15,419 nucleotides of DNA from Candidatus Latescibacterota bacterium (GTDB taxonomy: Bacteria > Latescibacterota > UBA2968 > GCA-2709665). Numbering within the stretch: the first letter of the stretch is position 1; the number at the start of each line of letters is the position of its first letter. Positions 1-8,818 of this stretch are shown here, piece after piece. The stretch spans positions 1 through 15,419 of the forward strand of contig CAXXJS010000015.1 of the NCBI GenBank assembly GCA_963662665.2, given 5' to 3'. The translations under genes and the position numbers were made by a program. The notes under the pieces were generated by a model that saw only the letters and a list, made by a program, of their open reading frames with translations, was not told the origin of the DNA and did no database searches.

Positions 1-321
1 CCGGATGTCTTCTGCGAGCATGCTCAGCGACGTATCCAGTGCGACAATCACGTCGACACCCTTGCGGTGCAACAATTCAATCCGCATCCCGTACCGTGGC
101 TGCGCCAGCGCCATCACCAGAAAGAAAAACCCGCAAACCGTCAGGGCCGCCTTCGCCCACTGTCTGTTCCAGCTTGTGGCCGCCGTCAGTTTGCGCATGA
201 GTTCCGGACTCCCGAAACGAGCGAGAGCCCGTCTTTTCTTTCGAAAAGCAATCACGAAAAACAAAACGGCCGCCGGTACGGACAACAGGAACCAGAACGC
301 CTGGACGTCTCCGAAACGCAT
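1..321 (-). CDS. batB: VWA domain-containing membrane protein, BatB-like (N-terminal 107 codons; runs off the window)
   Basis: Not in the ORF track. Manual translation from ATG at 321 gives MRFGDVQAFWFLLSVPAAVLFFVIAFRKKRRALARFGSPELMRKL...FLVMALAQPRYG...KGVDVIVALDTSLSMLAEDIR: a BatA-type N-terminal TM segment, an ALAxP motif and a MIDAS DxSxS motif (DTSLS). The start is 1 nt after the batA stop. Confidence 0.85.
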   Translation of the reverse strand, partial: MRFGDVQAFWFLLSVPAAVLFFVIAFRKKRRALARFGSPELMRKLTAATSWNRQWAKAALTVCGFFFLVMALAQPRYGMRIELLHRKGVDVIVALDTSLSMLAEDIR

Positions 322-322
322 C

Positions 323-1309
323 CTAAGGAATCCTTCGAAACCTCGTGTTCGCCAGCAACAGTTCTACACCGAGAAAAAGAAGCGCCGGCCAGAGAAAGAG
401 GGTGAATAGTTCGGAATAATCGACGTAGTCGCGAGTCTTGACCTCCGTTTTCTCCATCTCGCCGATAGCGCGATAGATCTCCTCGAGCTTCTTCTCGCTG
501 GTCGCCCGAAAGTAGCGACCGCCCGTGATGTCGGCAACTTCCGTCAACGTCTCTTCGTCGATTTCGACCCTGACCCGTTGCTGAAGCAGACCCTGGCCCA
601 TCACGATCACCCCGTCGCTTCCCGCCCCGATGGTATAGATTCGGATGCCCACCGCGTGGGCGGCCCTTGCGGCCGTAACCGGATCCACCTCCCCCCTGTT
701 ATTCACGCCGTCCGTCAGCAGAATGATCACGCGGCTTTCGGCTTCAGAACGGCGCAACCGGTTTACAGCCGTGATAATGCCGGTTCCGATGGCGGTGCCG
801 TCCCAGGAATCCTCCGCGAGGCGGACCTCATTCAAAAAGCTCAGAAAAATTCCGTAATCGAGGGTGAGCGGACACTGCGTGTAGCTTTCACCTGCAAAGA
901 CGACGAGCCCCAGCCGGTCGTTGACCCGGCCGCGCGCAAACTGGCTCACCACCTCCTTGCTGACCTGCAGCCGGGATTTTCGCGGCTGATCCAGATCTTT
1001 GTGCGCCATGCTGCCGGAAACGTCCAGGGCGAGTACAATATCGATACCCCTGGTAAGAATCTCCCTCTCCTCCCGCCCCGAACGCGGGCGGGCAAGCGCA
1101 ACGATCAGCAAGATCAACGCCAGACAGCGGAGGACAACCAGTCCGTGGCGCAGCCTGAGCACAATCGAAGGCGGGATCCGCCGGATCACACCCAGATCCG
1201 GAAAACGGATGCTGCCCTGCCTCCGCCTCTCCCTGCGCACGTATCGGTAGATCAGAAACGGCACAAAAACCAGGGCGAACAGGAATTCCGGGTTCTTGAA
1301 TTCAATCAT
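323..1309 (-). CDS. batA: VWA domain-containing membrane protein, BatA-like
   Basis: N-terminal F-x-N-P-x-F-L TM segment, ALARP motif, complete MIDAS (DVSGS, GTAIG, LLTDG), TQCPLTLD, IYTIG, TGGRYFRA, and a C-terminal TM ending RRIP. Lies downstream of moxR and DUF58. Confidence 0.92.
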   Translation of the reverse strand: MIEFKNPEFLFALVFVPFLIYRYVRRERRRQGSIRFPDLGVIRRIPPSIVLRLRHGLVVLRCLALILLIVALARPRSGREEREILTRGIDIVLALDVSGSMAHKDLDQPRKSRLQVSKEVVSQFARGRVNDRLGLVVFAGESYTQCPLTLDYGIFLSFLNEVRLAEDSWDGTAIGTGIITAVNRLRRSEAESRVIILLTDGVNNRGEVDPVTAARAAHAVGIRIYTIGAGSDGVIVMGQGLLQQRVRVEIDEETLTEVADITGGRYFRATSEKKLEEIYRAIGEMEKTEVKTRDYVDYSELFTLFLWPALLFLGVELLLANTRFRRIP

Positions 1310-2259
1310 GCCGTCGCTTCCGCCGGCGCCGCGTTCACGGGATCGTGGTCACTCTGCCGGCGATGCGAGTCCAGCAGCCGCATGAGGTCCAGGACCGTTT
1401 CCGCGGCCTTCGCTGCAGCCTGATCAAGGGGCGTGAGCTTCGCGAACTTTACCAGGTCCGCCTCCGACAACAGACCCTCCAGCGCCGCAACCTCCGCTTC
1501 ACCGATCCCGGCACGTCTAAGGTCATGAACCAGTTCGGACGTGGTGCACTCCATTGCATCGACCCGTACCCTGTCCTCCAGGTACCGGCGCATCACCTCG
1601 GAAAGCAGACTGTAATACCGCTTGAACGCACCTTTTTCCACGAGTCGCATCCGCACGATCTTCGCAACTTCGTCCGGCCAGACGACGGGCGGCGGCGGCT
1701 CAGACTCCGGTTTCCTGCGTCGCTGCTTCCAATACCACAGTGTTCCCGCCACGACGCCGGCCAGAACGGCCATTGCGAACCAGAGCCAACCCGGTATGCT
1801 CGCCTTGATGTCGACCGGCGGTTTGACATCCCGGATATCCGTCATTTCCGCCGGTTTGACGCTGCGCACCAGAACCGGAATCGGCTCGGATGTGGTCAAT
1901 CCGGAATCACCCTCTGCCGTCCGTACATGCAAGACCAGTGAAGGCACTTCGATTGCACCCACGCGGTACACGGCAAGCTCGAATGCCAGGGTCTCCTCCA
2001 CCCGGCCGTCGGGCATCTTCCTGACAGACGGCGGCACCTCGCGACGCACCTCGAACGGGGCGACAAAACCTTCGTTCCGCATGAGTGCAGCGGCATCGCC
2101 CGCTTCGCGACTGATCCGCAAACTGAGGAGAACGGGATCGCCGACCGTGAGGGTGTCCCGATCTACCGTTGCGTGCAAGGTGACTTCGGCGCCGGTATAG
2201 GCGGCCGACAACGCCAGGCCGCAGGCGCCGATCCACACCGATATCAGGACGCGAACCAT
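1306..2259 (-). CDS. Bat-operon membrane protein (BatD-like N-terminal beta domain, single TM, DUF4381-like helical C-terminus)
   Basis: Signal-peptide-like N-terminus, then LHATVDRDTLTVGDPVLLSL, DIRDVK, a TM helix (WLWFAMAVLAGVVAGTLWYW), a PPPP linker and YYSLLSEVMRRYLE...TTSEL...ADLVKFAK. This matches the hypothetical gene usually found just before batA. The stop overlaps the batA start (ATGA). Confidence 0.8.
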   Translation of the reverse strand: MVRVLISVWIGACGLALSAAYTGAEVTLHATVDRDTLTVGDPVLLSLRISREAGDAAALMRNEGFVAPFEVRREVPPSVRKMPDGRVEETLAFELAVYRVGAIEVPSLVLHVRTAEGDSGLTTSEPIPVLVRSVKPAEMTDIRDVKPPVDIKASIPGWLWFAMAVLAGVVAGTLWYWKQRRRKPESEPPPPVVWPDEVAKIVRMRLVEKGAFKRYYSLLSEVMRRYLEDRVRVDAMECTTSELVHDLRRAGIGEAEVAALEGLLSEADLVKFAKLTPLDQAAAKAAETVLDLMRLLDSHRRQSDHDPVNAAPAEATA

Positions 2260-2262
2260 TCT

Positions 2263-3678
2263 CTATTTCGCCACCTCCGGTACGTCCGACAAACGGACGG
2301 TGTCCGGTTGAACGACGTCCGGTTTCACGGGCACCAGTTCGAGCTTAAGTTTCGTCAGTACCTTGGGATCGATCCGCACAACCTGGGGACGGAGACGTCC
2401 CCAGGCGTACACCTTGCCCTCCCGTTCGCCTATAACCAGCTTCTGCACAACCTCACCGCTTCGCCAGACAGTGAGCTCCAATGCGGGGCGATCGAGGCCG
2501 AATGTCTCAGGCGCCTTGAGCTCTTCCGCAACGAACGCTTCTGCCTCAAGCAGTTCAATGGTGCGAAAGAGATGCCGCACACGGTGTTCCAGGACAATGT
2601 GCAGCTTCGGCTGCAGCACCTGCCAGCCGCTGCCGGCCTTATCCCTGACGCATTCCACCACGCGGTCCCGATACGCCAGCTTCATCCTGTCGACGCCGGC
2701 GGAGTCGAACCCGAAGATCCGTTTGAACCTCAGGTCCGAAGCCGTTTTCCTCATATCCGCAACGAAGGTCGAATCAACCAGAAAAACCATGTGACTGGCC
2801 GAGAATGCCGCGAATAACGGCGGAAACCGTGCCCCTACTTTCCTGCGACCGACCGTCACCGTCTTCTTCCGACCGTGGTCGCCATCGAAAATCGATACCG
2901 TCAGCGTCGGATGGTCAAGGCCGTAACGCCTGCGTTCCCGGGATGCTTCGGCGACCACCCGCGTGAATTCGGCAGTATGCAGCCTGTTGACCAGCTTGCG
3001 GACCGCGTCGCTGTCGACGCGGTCGATTACCGGATGCGTGAGGCGCCATTCATTTGAGAGCTTTTCCGTTACGACGCGGGCGTCCCCGCTTGTGATTTCG
3101 ATTCTTCGTACTTTTCCCAGGTCGAAATGCGCGATCCGTTTATCGCGCAATTGAAACAACCCTTTTTCCACTCTCATCCTGAATGGCGCGCCGACGGCGA
3201 GTATTCCAGGATGCCCGGACCACCTGATATAACCGTAACGGCCGGTTGGACTCCGGTCCCCCCAGAAGAGAGAATCCACGCGATCCACCTGTTTGATCGC
3301 AAATGAAAGATCGGGTCTGTCGAGGCCGAAATCCGAAAGATGGGCCTGCCCCCGCGCAATTCGGGAGCTGTCAGCCACAATACGTTCCAGATTCACGTTC
3401 TGCAGCGTCCGGATCAACCCCGTAATTTCGCCGTTGTCGCCGCCGGTGATCACCGGTTGCAGGATCCGCCATCCATCCTCCGATTTTTCGATTGCGATGG
3501 TAGTATCGCCCCGGAAAACCGATAGCCCGATGACCGAGTCTGTCTCCAGACGCAGCAGGCGACCCGCCTTCATTCGAGCTTTATAGCGCTCACCGGCGCC
3601 CCGAATTTCGTAAAAATAGACAAATCCGACCAATGCGGCCAGAAGCAGAACCAGAACACCTGTTGTCTTTAAACTCAT
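2263..3678 (-). CDS. DUF4340-type membrane-anchored extracytoplasmic protein with three internal repeats
   Basis: Likely start is MSLKTTGVLVLLLAALVGFVYFYE (ATG 3678; the ORF-track start at 3753 overlaps the upstream gene). Three repeats each carry (F/Y)GLD(R/H)P, and LR(D/F)KRIxxFD links them. This is the usual fourth gene after GldA/F/G-like ABC genes. Confidence 0.82.
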   Translation of the reverse strand: MSLKTTGVLVLLLAALVGFVYFYEIRGAGERYKARMKAGRLLRLETDSVIGLSVFRGDTTIAIEKSEDGWRILQPVITGGDNGEITGLIRTLQNVNLERIVADSSRIARGQAHLSDFGLDRPDLSFAIKQVDRVDSLFWGDRSPTGRYGYIRWSGHPGILAVGAPFRMRVEKGLFQLRDKRIAHFDLGKVRRIEITSGDARVVTEKLSNEWRLTHPVIDRVDSDAVRKLVNRLHTAEFTRVVAEASRERRRYGLDHPTLTVSIFDGDHGRKKTVTVGRRKVGARFPPLFAAFSASHMVFLVDSTFVADMRKTASDLRFKRIFGFDSAGVDRMKLAYRDRVVECVRDKAGSGWQVLQPKLHIVLEHRVRHLFRTIELLEAEAFVAEELKAPETFGLDRPALELTVWRSGEVVQKLVIGEREGKVYAWGRLRPQVVRIDPKVLTKLKLELVPVKPDVVQPDTVRLSDVPEVAK

Positions 3679-3727
3679 AATCCATGCCTGCGGGCGGTGC
3701 GCGAGCGGATCGGTATTCGGCAAAACG

Positions 3728-5098
3728 TCATCGCCGTCTCCGCCAGACGCCAATCCCGATGACGACGGGTATGACTGGAATAATCACAACGGACAGCCAC
3801 GAAAGCCACAGGAGGTCCTCTGCAGTCATCACGACGCCCCTGAAAGCCCACATCCTGGGTCGGATCGAGATCAGATCTCCCTCCTCCATCAGCCAGCTCA
3901 CCGCATTCATGAACAGGTCTCCGTTGCCCACGGTGTCGAAGAACTCATTGCTCGCAAAATCAGAGTCTCCAAATACGACAATCCGGGTGTGACGGAACCC
4001 CACGTCGGAGGATGGATTGCGACGGTACTTCGGTCTGTCGTTTACAGCGACGGCCACCGAAACCGGTCCTGGCATATCCCGCCCAGGATTGTAGACGGGT
4101 GACACATCGGGAAGCTTTTCTTCCCGCCAACTGTCGCGAGGATGGGTTGTCACCAGTTGATTTATCTGCATGCCGGACGCGTTTTCGTGTGCGGCGACGG
4201 ATCGTGCAAGTCTGTAAAATGTCCTCAGATTTCGGGTACGGTGTTTTTCCGTAACCGGATGCCGTGCGTACCAGACCGAACCCGGCATCGAGGGATCGCC
4301 CGGCCCCCATCCCAGGACGTAGTCGTTGTTGACCTGGATACCCCATCCACCCAGCAGCAATTCCAGGCCGGTCTCGCTCCCGGGATCGAGCATAAAGAAT
4401 CCGGATCCGCCTCCGGCCATGTAACTGCGTATGGAATCCACTTCGATTGGGGAGAATGCAGCCGTCGGCCCGGCCACGATCAGCAGGTCGCAATCCACCG
4501 GCACGCCCGTCCTGGCATCCAGGACCAGTGTATCGCGTACCGCGTACCCCGCATCGCGCAATGCCTGTCCGACGCGGATGAAATCGCCTTCCGGGGCCCT
4601 CAGCGTCCGTTCACCATGTCCGACCGAGAAGTAGATGGTTTTCTCGCGTTTCCGGACGACCTTGGCCACCGCATTGGTCAGGTGATTCTCCTCGATTCCG
4701 GAAATGCGCTCTTCCCGTGCTTCCGACGTCACTATTGAAATTCGCGGTTTGATGATCCTGTATCGCCTGGCTTCACCGGGATGTACTGCTGGATCGATCA
4801 TTGTATAGGTAAACCGGTCCGAGTGATAGTCGTAGGTTTCGAGCCTTTCCTTGAATGCGGCCGCCTCCGGGTCGGTTTCGTGAAAAAACGCAAGGACGTG
4901 CACGTCCTCCGACAGGGAATCCAGCAACGTGGCGGTCTGGTCGGACAGGCTGTGCATCCCGCCCTCTGTAACGTCGATACGGCGGTGGTAGCGCGTGGCC
5001 AGGTAGTTGATTGCAGCCAGAATCGCAAGCAGCGCGAGGACGGCCACGAGCGTACTGGAAGCGTACTTCACCAGGCGGGTCCTGAAAAAGCCGTTCAT
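3728..5098 (-). CDS. GldG-like ABC transporter auxiliary protein (GIFT / ABC_transp_aux domain)
   Basis: N-terminal TM followed by RIDVTEGGMHSLSDQT, IYFSVGHGER, DLLIVAGPTAAFS, RIVVFGDSDF, GNGDLFMNAVSWL, ISIRPR, and a C-terminal TM ending WRRRR. Confidence 0.9.
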   Translation of the reverse strand: MNGFFRTRLVKYASSTLVAVLALLAILAAINYLATRYHRRIDVTEGGMHSLSDQTATLLDSLSEDVHVLAFFHETDPEAAAFKERLETYDYHSDRFTYTMIDPAVHPGEARRYRIIKPRISIVTSEAREERISGIEENHLTNAVAKVVRKREKTIYFSVGHGERTLRAPEGDFIRVGQALRDAGYAVRDTLVLDARTGVPVDCDLLIVAGPTAAFSPIEVDSIRSYMAGGGSGFFMLDPGSETGLELLLGGWGIQVNNDYVLGWGPGDPSMPGSVWYARHPVTEKHRTRNLRTFYRLARSVAAHENASGMQINQLVTTHPRDSWREEKLPDVSPVYNPGRDMPGPVSVAVAVNDRPKYRRNPSSDVGFRHTRIVVFGDSDFASNEFFDTVGNGDLFMNAVSWLMEEGDLISIRPRMWAFRGVVMTAEDLLWLSWLSVVIIPVIPVVIGIGVWRRRR

Positions 5099-5101
5099 TC
5101 G

Positions 5102-5878
5102 CTATCGCCTCCAGCGGCGCGATTCAAGCGCGGTGTGTGTCAGAAAGAGAAAGAAAAACGTAAACGTGAGAAAAAAGATCACGTCGCCGCTGTCGATGAC
5201 ACCCCGCGCCATATCCCGGGTGTGATCGATCAACGAAAGATAGAAAAGAACGGTTGCCCACTCTCGCCCTATGAGTTCGGGCGAATACCGCACCACGAAG
5301 AGGAGGAGAAGAAGGACGAACGCGATGACGACCGCGACGATCTGTTTGTCGGTGAGCGAGGAAGCCAGAATGCCCACACTGATGAATGACCCTCCCAGCA
5401 ACAGAATTGCGAAACAGGCGGATAGCACACGGGCCCAGTTCAAATCTCCGTAGAACGACACGACAACGATCAATGAGAGAAGCAACGTTTCGATAATGAC
5501 GTACAGCCCGAGACAGGCCGCGAATTTGCCAAGTATGACCTGCCACGTCGTCAGGGGTGACGTTACCAGGAGTTCGATCGTCCCGGAACCCTTCTCCTCG
5601 GCGAAAAGTCGCATCGTCAGCATTGGCGTTACGACCAGCCAGACGAGACACTGACTGAGGAAAAAGTGAAACACGACGTCCTCATTCACGTTCGGCGGAT
5701 CCACGCCGTGCTCCTGATGCTGAAATGTGTAATTCAGGCATTTTGCGCGAAATTCGACGATCTCGTTCTGGAAAATGTAACCCATCATCACCAGGAAACC
5801 CGTCGCAACCACGTAGGCGATCGGCGAGCCGAAATAGGAACGCATCTCCTTCCAGAAAATCGCGGCGATATTTCCCAT
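5102..5878 (-). CDS. ABC-2 type transporter permease, GldF-like
   Basis: KEMRSYFGSPIAY, PMLTMRLFAEEKGSGTIELLVTSP, ILGKF, SSLTDKQIVA, about 6 TM helices, ending LESRRWRR. The start overlaps the ATPase stop (TGATG). Confidence 0.92.
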   Translation of the reverse strand: MGNIAAIFWKEMRSYFGSPIAYVVATGFLVMMGYIFQNEIVEFRAKCLNYTFQHQEHGVDPPNVNEDVVFHFFLSQCLVWLVVTPMLTMRLFAEEKGSGTIELLVTSPLTTWQVILGKFAACLGLYVIIETLLLSLIVVVSFYGDLNWARVLSACFAILLLGGSFISVGILASSLTDKQIVAVVIAFVLLLLLFVVRYSPELIGREWATVLFYLSLIDHTRDMARGVIDSGDVIFFLTFTFFFLFLTHTALESRRWRR

Positions 5879-6813
5879 CAGGAGCTTGCCTCCTCGCGAG
5901 TTGTCAATTCGTGGAAAATGTCCTCCAATCTGGCAGTAATCGGTCTCAACTCCACGAGCCCCAGACCGCGCTCTACCAGCCTGGACGCAATTGCAGAACG
6001 CATATCGGTTTCACCGGACACGTCGACCTGTAACGCCGCGTTGTCGCTGGCACGCGAGACACCGGCGACACCCGGGACGCCTCCGATGGCTTCCTCGGCA
6101 GCATCCAGATTGCCCGACACCGCAACGTAATACCGCCGGTTGCCCGACGGCATCGCCGTCAGGTTCGACGGTGTATCCACGGCCGCAATCTGACCCCTGT
6201 TGATGATGATCACGCGGTCGCAGGTCATTTCGACCTCTGGCAGAATATGCGTGCTCAGAATCACCGTGTGTTCCCGGCCCAGTCCGCGGATTACCCTGCG
6301 CATCTCCTGGATCTGGTTGGGATCCAGTCCGATGGTCGGCTCGTCCAGGATAATCACATCCGGATCGTGCAGAATGGCCTGGGCAATGCCGACTCGTTGC
6401 CGATAGCCTTTGGACAGTTGGCCAACCAGTTGCCTCGCCCGGTCCGTGATCCCGCATCGTTCCATCGCGTCTTCCACACGGGACCTGCGATTGGGCGACG
6501 GAACGCCCTTTATCTGCGCCACGAAATCCAGATACGAACGCACGTACATGTCGTTGTAGAGGGGGGGATGTTCCGGTAAATACCCGATTCGCCTCTTGAC
6601 TTCCATCGGTTCGTCGAACACGTCGAAGCCGGCCACCCGCGCGGTGCCAAGCGTGGCCGGCTGATAACACGTCAGGATACGCATGGTGGTGGTCTTGCCC
6701 GCTCCATTCGGCCCGAGAAATCCCACGACTTCCCCCTTCTCCACCCTGAACGTCAGGTCCCTGACTGCCACCAGCGATCCGTATCGCTTGGTGATATGAT
6801 CTACCTCGATCAC
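5878..6813 (-). CDS. ABC transporter ATP-binding protein, GldA-like
   Basis: Walker A GPNGAGKT, signature LSKGYRQ, Walker B IILDE, H-loop STH. Likely start is GTG at 6813 behind a GGAGG RBS. The ORF-track extension to 6873 runs through a MITE-like element. Confidence 0.95.
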   Translation of the reverse strand: MIEVDHITKRYGSLVAVRDLTFRVEKGEVVGFLGPNGAGKTTTMRILTCYQPATLGTARVAGFDVFDEPMEVKRRIGYLPEHPPLYNDMYVRSYLDFVAQIKGVPSPNRRSRVEDAMERCGITDRARQLVGQLSKGYRQRVGIAQAILHDPDVIILDEPTIGLDPNQIQEMRRVIRGLGREHTVILSTHILPEVEMTCDRVIIINRGQIAAVDTPSNLTAMPSGNRRYYVAVSGNLDAAEEAIGGVPGVAGVSRASDNAALQVDVSGETDMRSAIASRLVERGLGLVELRPITARLEDIFHELTTREEASS

Positions 6814-6827
6814 AACGTCCTCCCTAT

Positions 6828-6880
6828 CAGCCCGTTGAAAAAGTCCATCCGGGCTTCGGAGCAACTCTATCAACGGACTG
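6828..6880. mobile_element. Putative 53-bp miniature inverted-repeat element (MITE) with a 4-bp target-site duplication
   Basis: Ends are CAGCCCGTTGA (6828-6838) and TCAACGGACTG (6870-6880), a 10/11 inverted match (13/16 when extended). Both sides are flanked by CTAT (6824-6827 and 6881-6884). The left end recurs at 9737-9770. Confidence 0.65.
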
Positions 6881-7762
6881 CTATGCCGCGATCTGCTGTG
6901 CCCGTTTCCTGAAAAACCGCATCAGCGCGTCCACGTACGACGCCTCGGTACGGACATTCACGCGGTCGATGCCAACGGAGCGGAACAGTTGCTCCCTTCG
7001 TTCCTCCAATTTTCCGGTCAACTGCCTGAACAGATACCGGAATTCCTGGTCTGAGGTATCCACGAGCATCTCCCTGCCCGTTTCCGCGTCTTCCACCTCG
7101 ACGAGACCGATATCCGGCAACTCACGCTCCCTGGGATCCTGAAGCACAACCCCAATCAGGTCGTGCCGCCTGCCGGACACCCTTAGCGCAGCCTCATAGC
7201 CGGATGCCAGAAAGTCAGAAACCAGAAACACCACGCTCTTGCGTTTGTTGATCCTGTTGAGATAGTCCAGCGCCGCGCCGATATCCGTACCCCGCCGGTT
7301 GGGCCTGAAGTACAATAGTTCACGAATCACGCGCAGCACGTGCCGCCTGCCCTTCTTAGGCGGAATGAACGCCTCCACGTCGTCCGTGAAGATTATCAGG
7401 CCCACCCGATCGTTGTTCTGTATGGCAGAGAATGCGAGCAACGCGCAAATTTCGACCCCGATTTCGCCCTTCATCTGCGAGACCGTCCCGAAATCACCCG
7501 ATGCGCTTGCATCCACCATCAGCATTACCGTCAGCTCGCGTTCTTCGTCGTACACCTTAACAAAGGGGTGTCCCATCCGCGCGGTGACGTTCCAATCTAT
7601 GGATCGGATATCGTCCCCCACCTGGTATTCCCGCACTTCCGAAAACGCCATCCCCTGTCCTTTGAATACGGAATGGTACTCCCCTGAAAACACCGTATCG
7701 ACCAGGTGGCGCGTGCGAAGTTCGATGCGCCTTACTTTCTTGAGTATGTCTGCGGGAATCAT
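6881..7762 (-). CDS. DUF58 domain-containing (VWA-like) protein, MoxR partner
   Basis: GEYHSVFKGQGMAFSEVREYQVGDDIRSIDWNVTAR, EERELTVMLMVDASAS (MIDAS-like), NDRVGL, VFLVSDF, EDAETG. Likely start is MIPADILKK at 7762, 4 nt after the moxR stop. Confidence 0.93.
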   Translation of the reverse strand: MIPADILKKVRRIELRTRHLVDTVFSGEYHSVFKGQGMAFSEVREYQVGDDIRSIDWNVTARMGHPFVKVYDEERELTVMLMVDASASGDFGTVSQMKGEIGVEICALLAFSAIQNNDRVGLIIFTDDVEAFIPPKKGRRHVLRVIRELLYFRPNRRGTDIGAALDYLNRINKRKSVVFLVSDFLASGYEAALRVSGRRHDLIGVVLQDPRERELPDIGLVEVEDAETGREMLVDTSDQEFRYLFRQLTGKLEERREQLFRSVGIDRVNVRTEASYVDALMRFFRKRAQQIAA

Positions 7763-7766
7763 CGCT

Positions 7767-8762
7767 TCAGGGTACCTCGACATGATCGAAAATCCGGCTG
7801 ACGACTTCCTCCGAGTCGACCTCCTCGGCCTCCGCTTCGTAGGTTACAATCACCCGGTGGCGAAGGACGTCCAGGCCCATGGCTTTCACGTCTTCCGGCG
7901 TCACGTATCCCCTGCGCCGCAAAAATGCGTGGGCCTTGGCCGCCCGCGCCAGGAAAATGGAGCCACGCGGCGAACATCCGTATTCTATCAGCGCACTGAG
8001 GTCCTGAATGCCGAATGCAGCCGGATCGCGGGTTGCCAGCATCAGGTTCACGATGTAGTCCTTGATCTTGTCGTCGACGTACACCCGCTCTACAACCTTG
8101 CGCGCGCGAATGATATCCTCGGGCCGGACGACGGGGTTTGCAGCCGGTGGTTCGCCGCCTTCCATCCGGTCGATAATTGCCCGCTCCTCTTCCCTGCGCG
8201 GATAGGTCACCCGTACCTTCATCATAAACCTGTCCACCTGAGCCTCGGGAAGGGGATAGGTACCCTCCTGCTCGATAGGATTCTGCGTGGCCAGAACCAG
8301 AAACGGATCGTCCATTCGGAAGGTCTGGTCTCCGATAGTCACCTGACGCTCCTGCATTGCCTCGAGCATGGCGCTTTGAACCTTGGCGGGCGCCCTGTTC
8401 ACTTCGTCGGCGAGTACAAGCTGAGCGAAAACCGGCCCCTTTTTGGGTACAAACTCACCGGTCGCCTGATTGTATATCATTGTGCCGATCAGGTCCGCGG
8501 GCAACAGATCCGGCGTGAACTGAATTCGGCTGAACGAAGCCCGGATGGCGCGCGACAGCGTGGTGATTGTTAACGTCTTTGCCAGACCGGGCACACCCTC
8601 CAGCAACACGTGACCGTTGCACAGCAGTCCGATCAACAGGCGTTCAACCATGGGCTGCTGACCCACGATCACCCGGCCCACCTCACCCGTCAGGCGCTGG
8701 ACAAACGCGCTCTCCCGTTCCACTTCATCGTTCAGCTGCTGAATATCGGCTGCAATCATCAT
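7767..8762 (-). CDS. moxR: MoxR family AAA+ ATPase
   Basis: HVLLEGVPGLAKT (Walker A), RIQFTPDLLPADLIG, LADEVNRAPAKVQSAMLEAMQERQVT (Walker B), ATQNPIEQEGTYPLPEAQVDRF, SPRG, VLRHR. Confidence 0.96.
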   Translation of the reverse strand: MMIAADIQQLNDEVERESAFVQRLTGEVGRVIVGQQPMVERLLIGLLCNGHVLLEGVPGLAKTLTITTLSRAIRASFSRIQFTPDLLPADLIGTMIYNQATGEFVPKKGPVFAQLVLADEVNRAPAKVQSAMLEAMQERQVTIGDQTFRMDDPFLVLATQNPIEQEGTYPLPEAQVDRFMMKVRVTYPRREEERAIIDRMEGGEPPAANPVVRPEDIIRARKVVERVYVDDKIKDYIVNLMLATRDPAAFGIQDLSALIEYGCSPRGSIFLARAAKAHAFLRRRGYVTPEDVKAMGLDVLRHRVIVTYEAEAEEVDSEEVVSRIFDHVEVP

Positions 8763-8775
8763 CTCTGAATCTCAC

Positions 8776-8818
8776 AAAAGAACACCGGACGGATTCCGTA
8801 TACACCAATACCGTCCGG
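8776..8818 (-). terminator. Possible intrinsic terminator or regulatory hairpin just upstream of moxR
   Basis: Perfect 8-bp inverted repeat CCGGACGG (8785-8792) / CCGTCCGG (8811-8818) around an 18-nt inner segment. On the minus strand it is followed by TGTTCTTTT. Confidence 0.4.

Noticed and set aside
3728-6813. Gliding motility function for the GldA/F/G-like genes
   Set aside because: No other gld/spr/T9SS genes are in the window, and this ABC family is widespread in non-gliding bacteria.
6814-6873. N-terminal extension of the GldA-like ATPase
   Set aside because: It derives largely from the MITE-like element, and GTG 6813 has a good GGAGG RBS and a typical start (VIEV).
7299-8573. 424-aa plus-strand ORF, and similar long plus-strand ORFs (578-1423, 11922-13025, 13163-13900)
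   Set aside because: Antisense shadows of well-supported minus-strand genes in GC-rich DNA, with no recognisable motifs.
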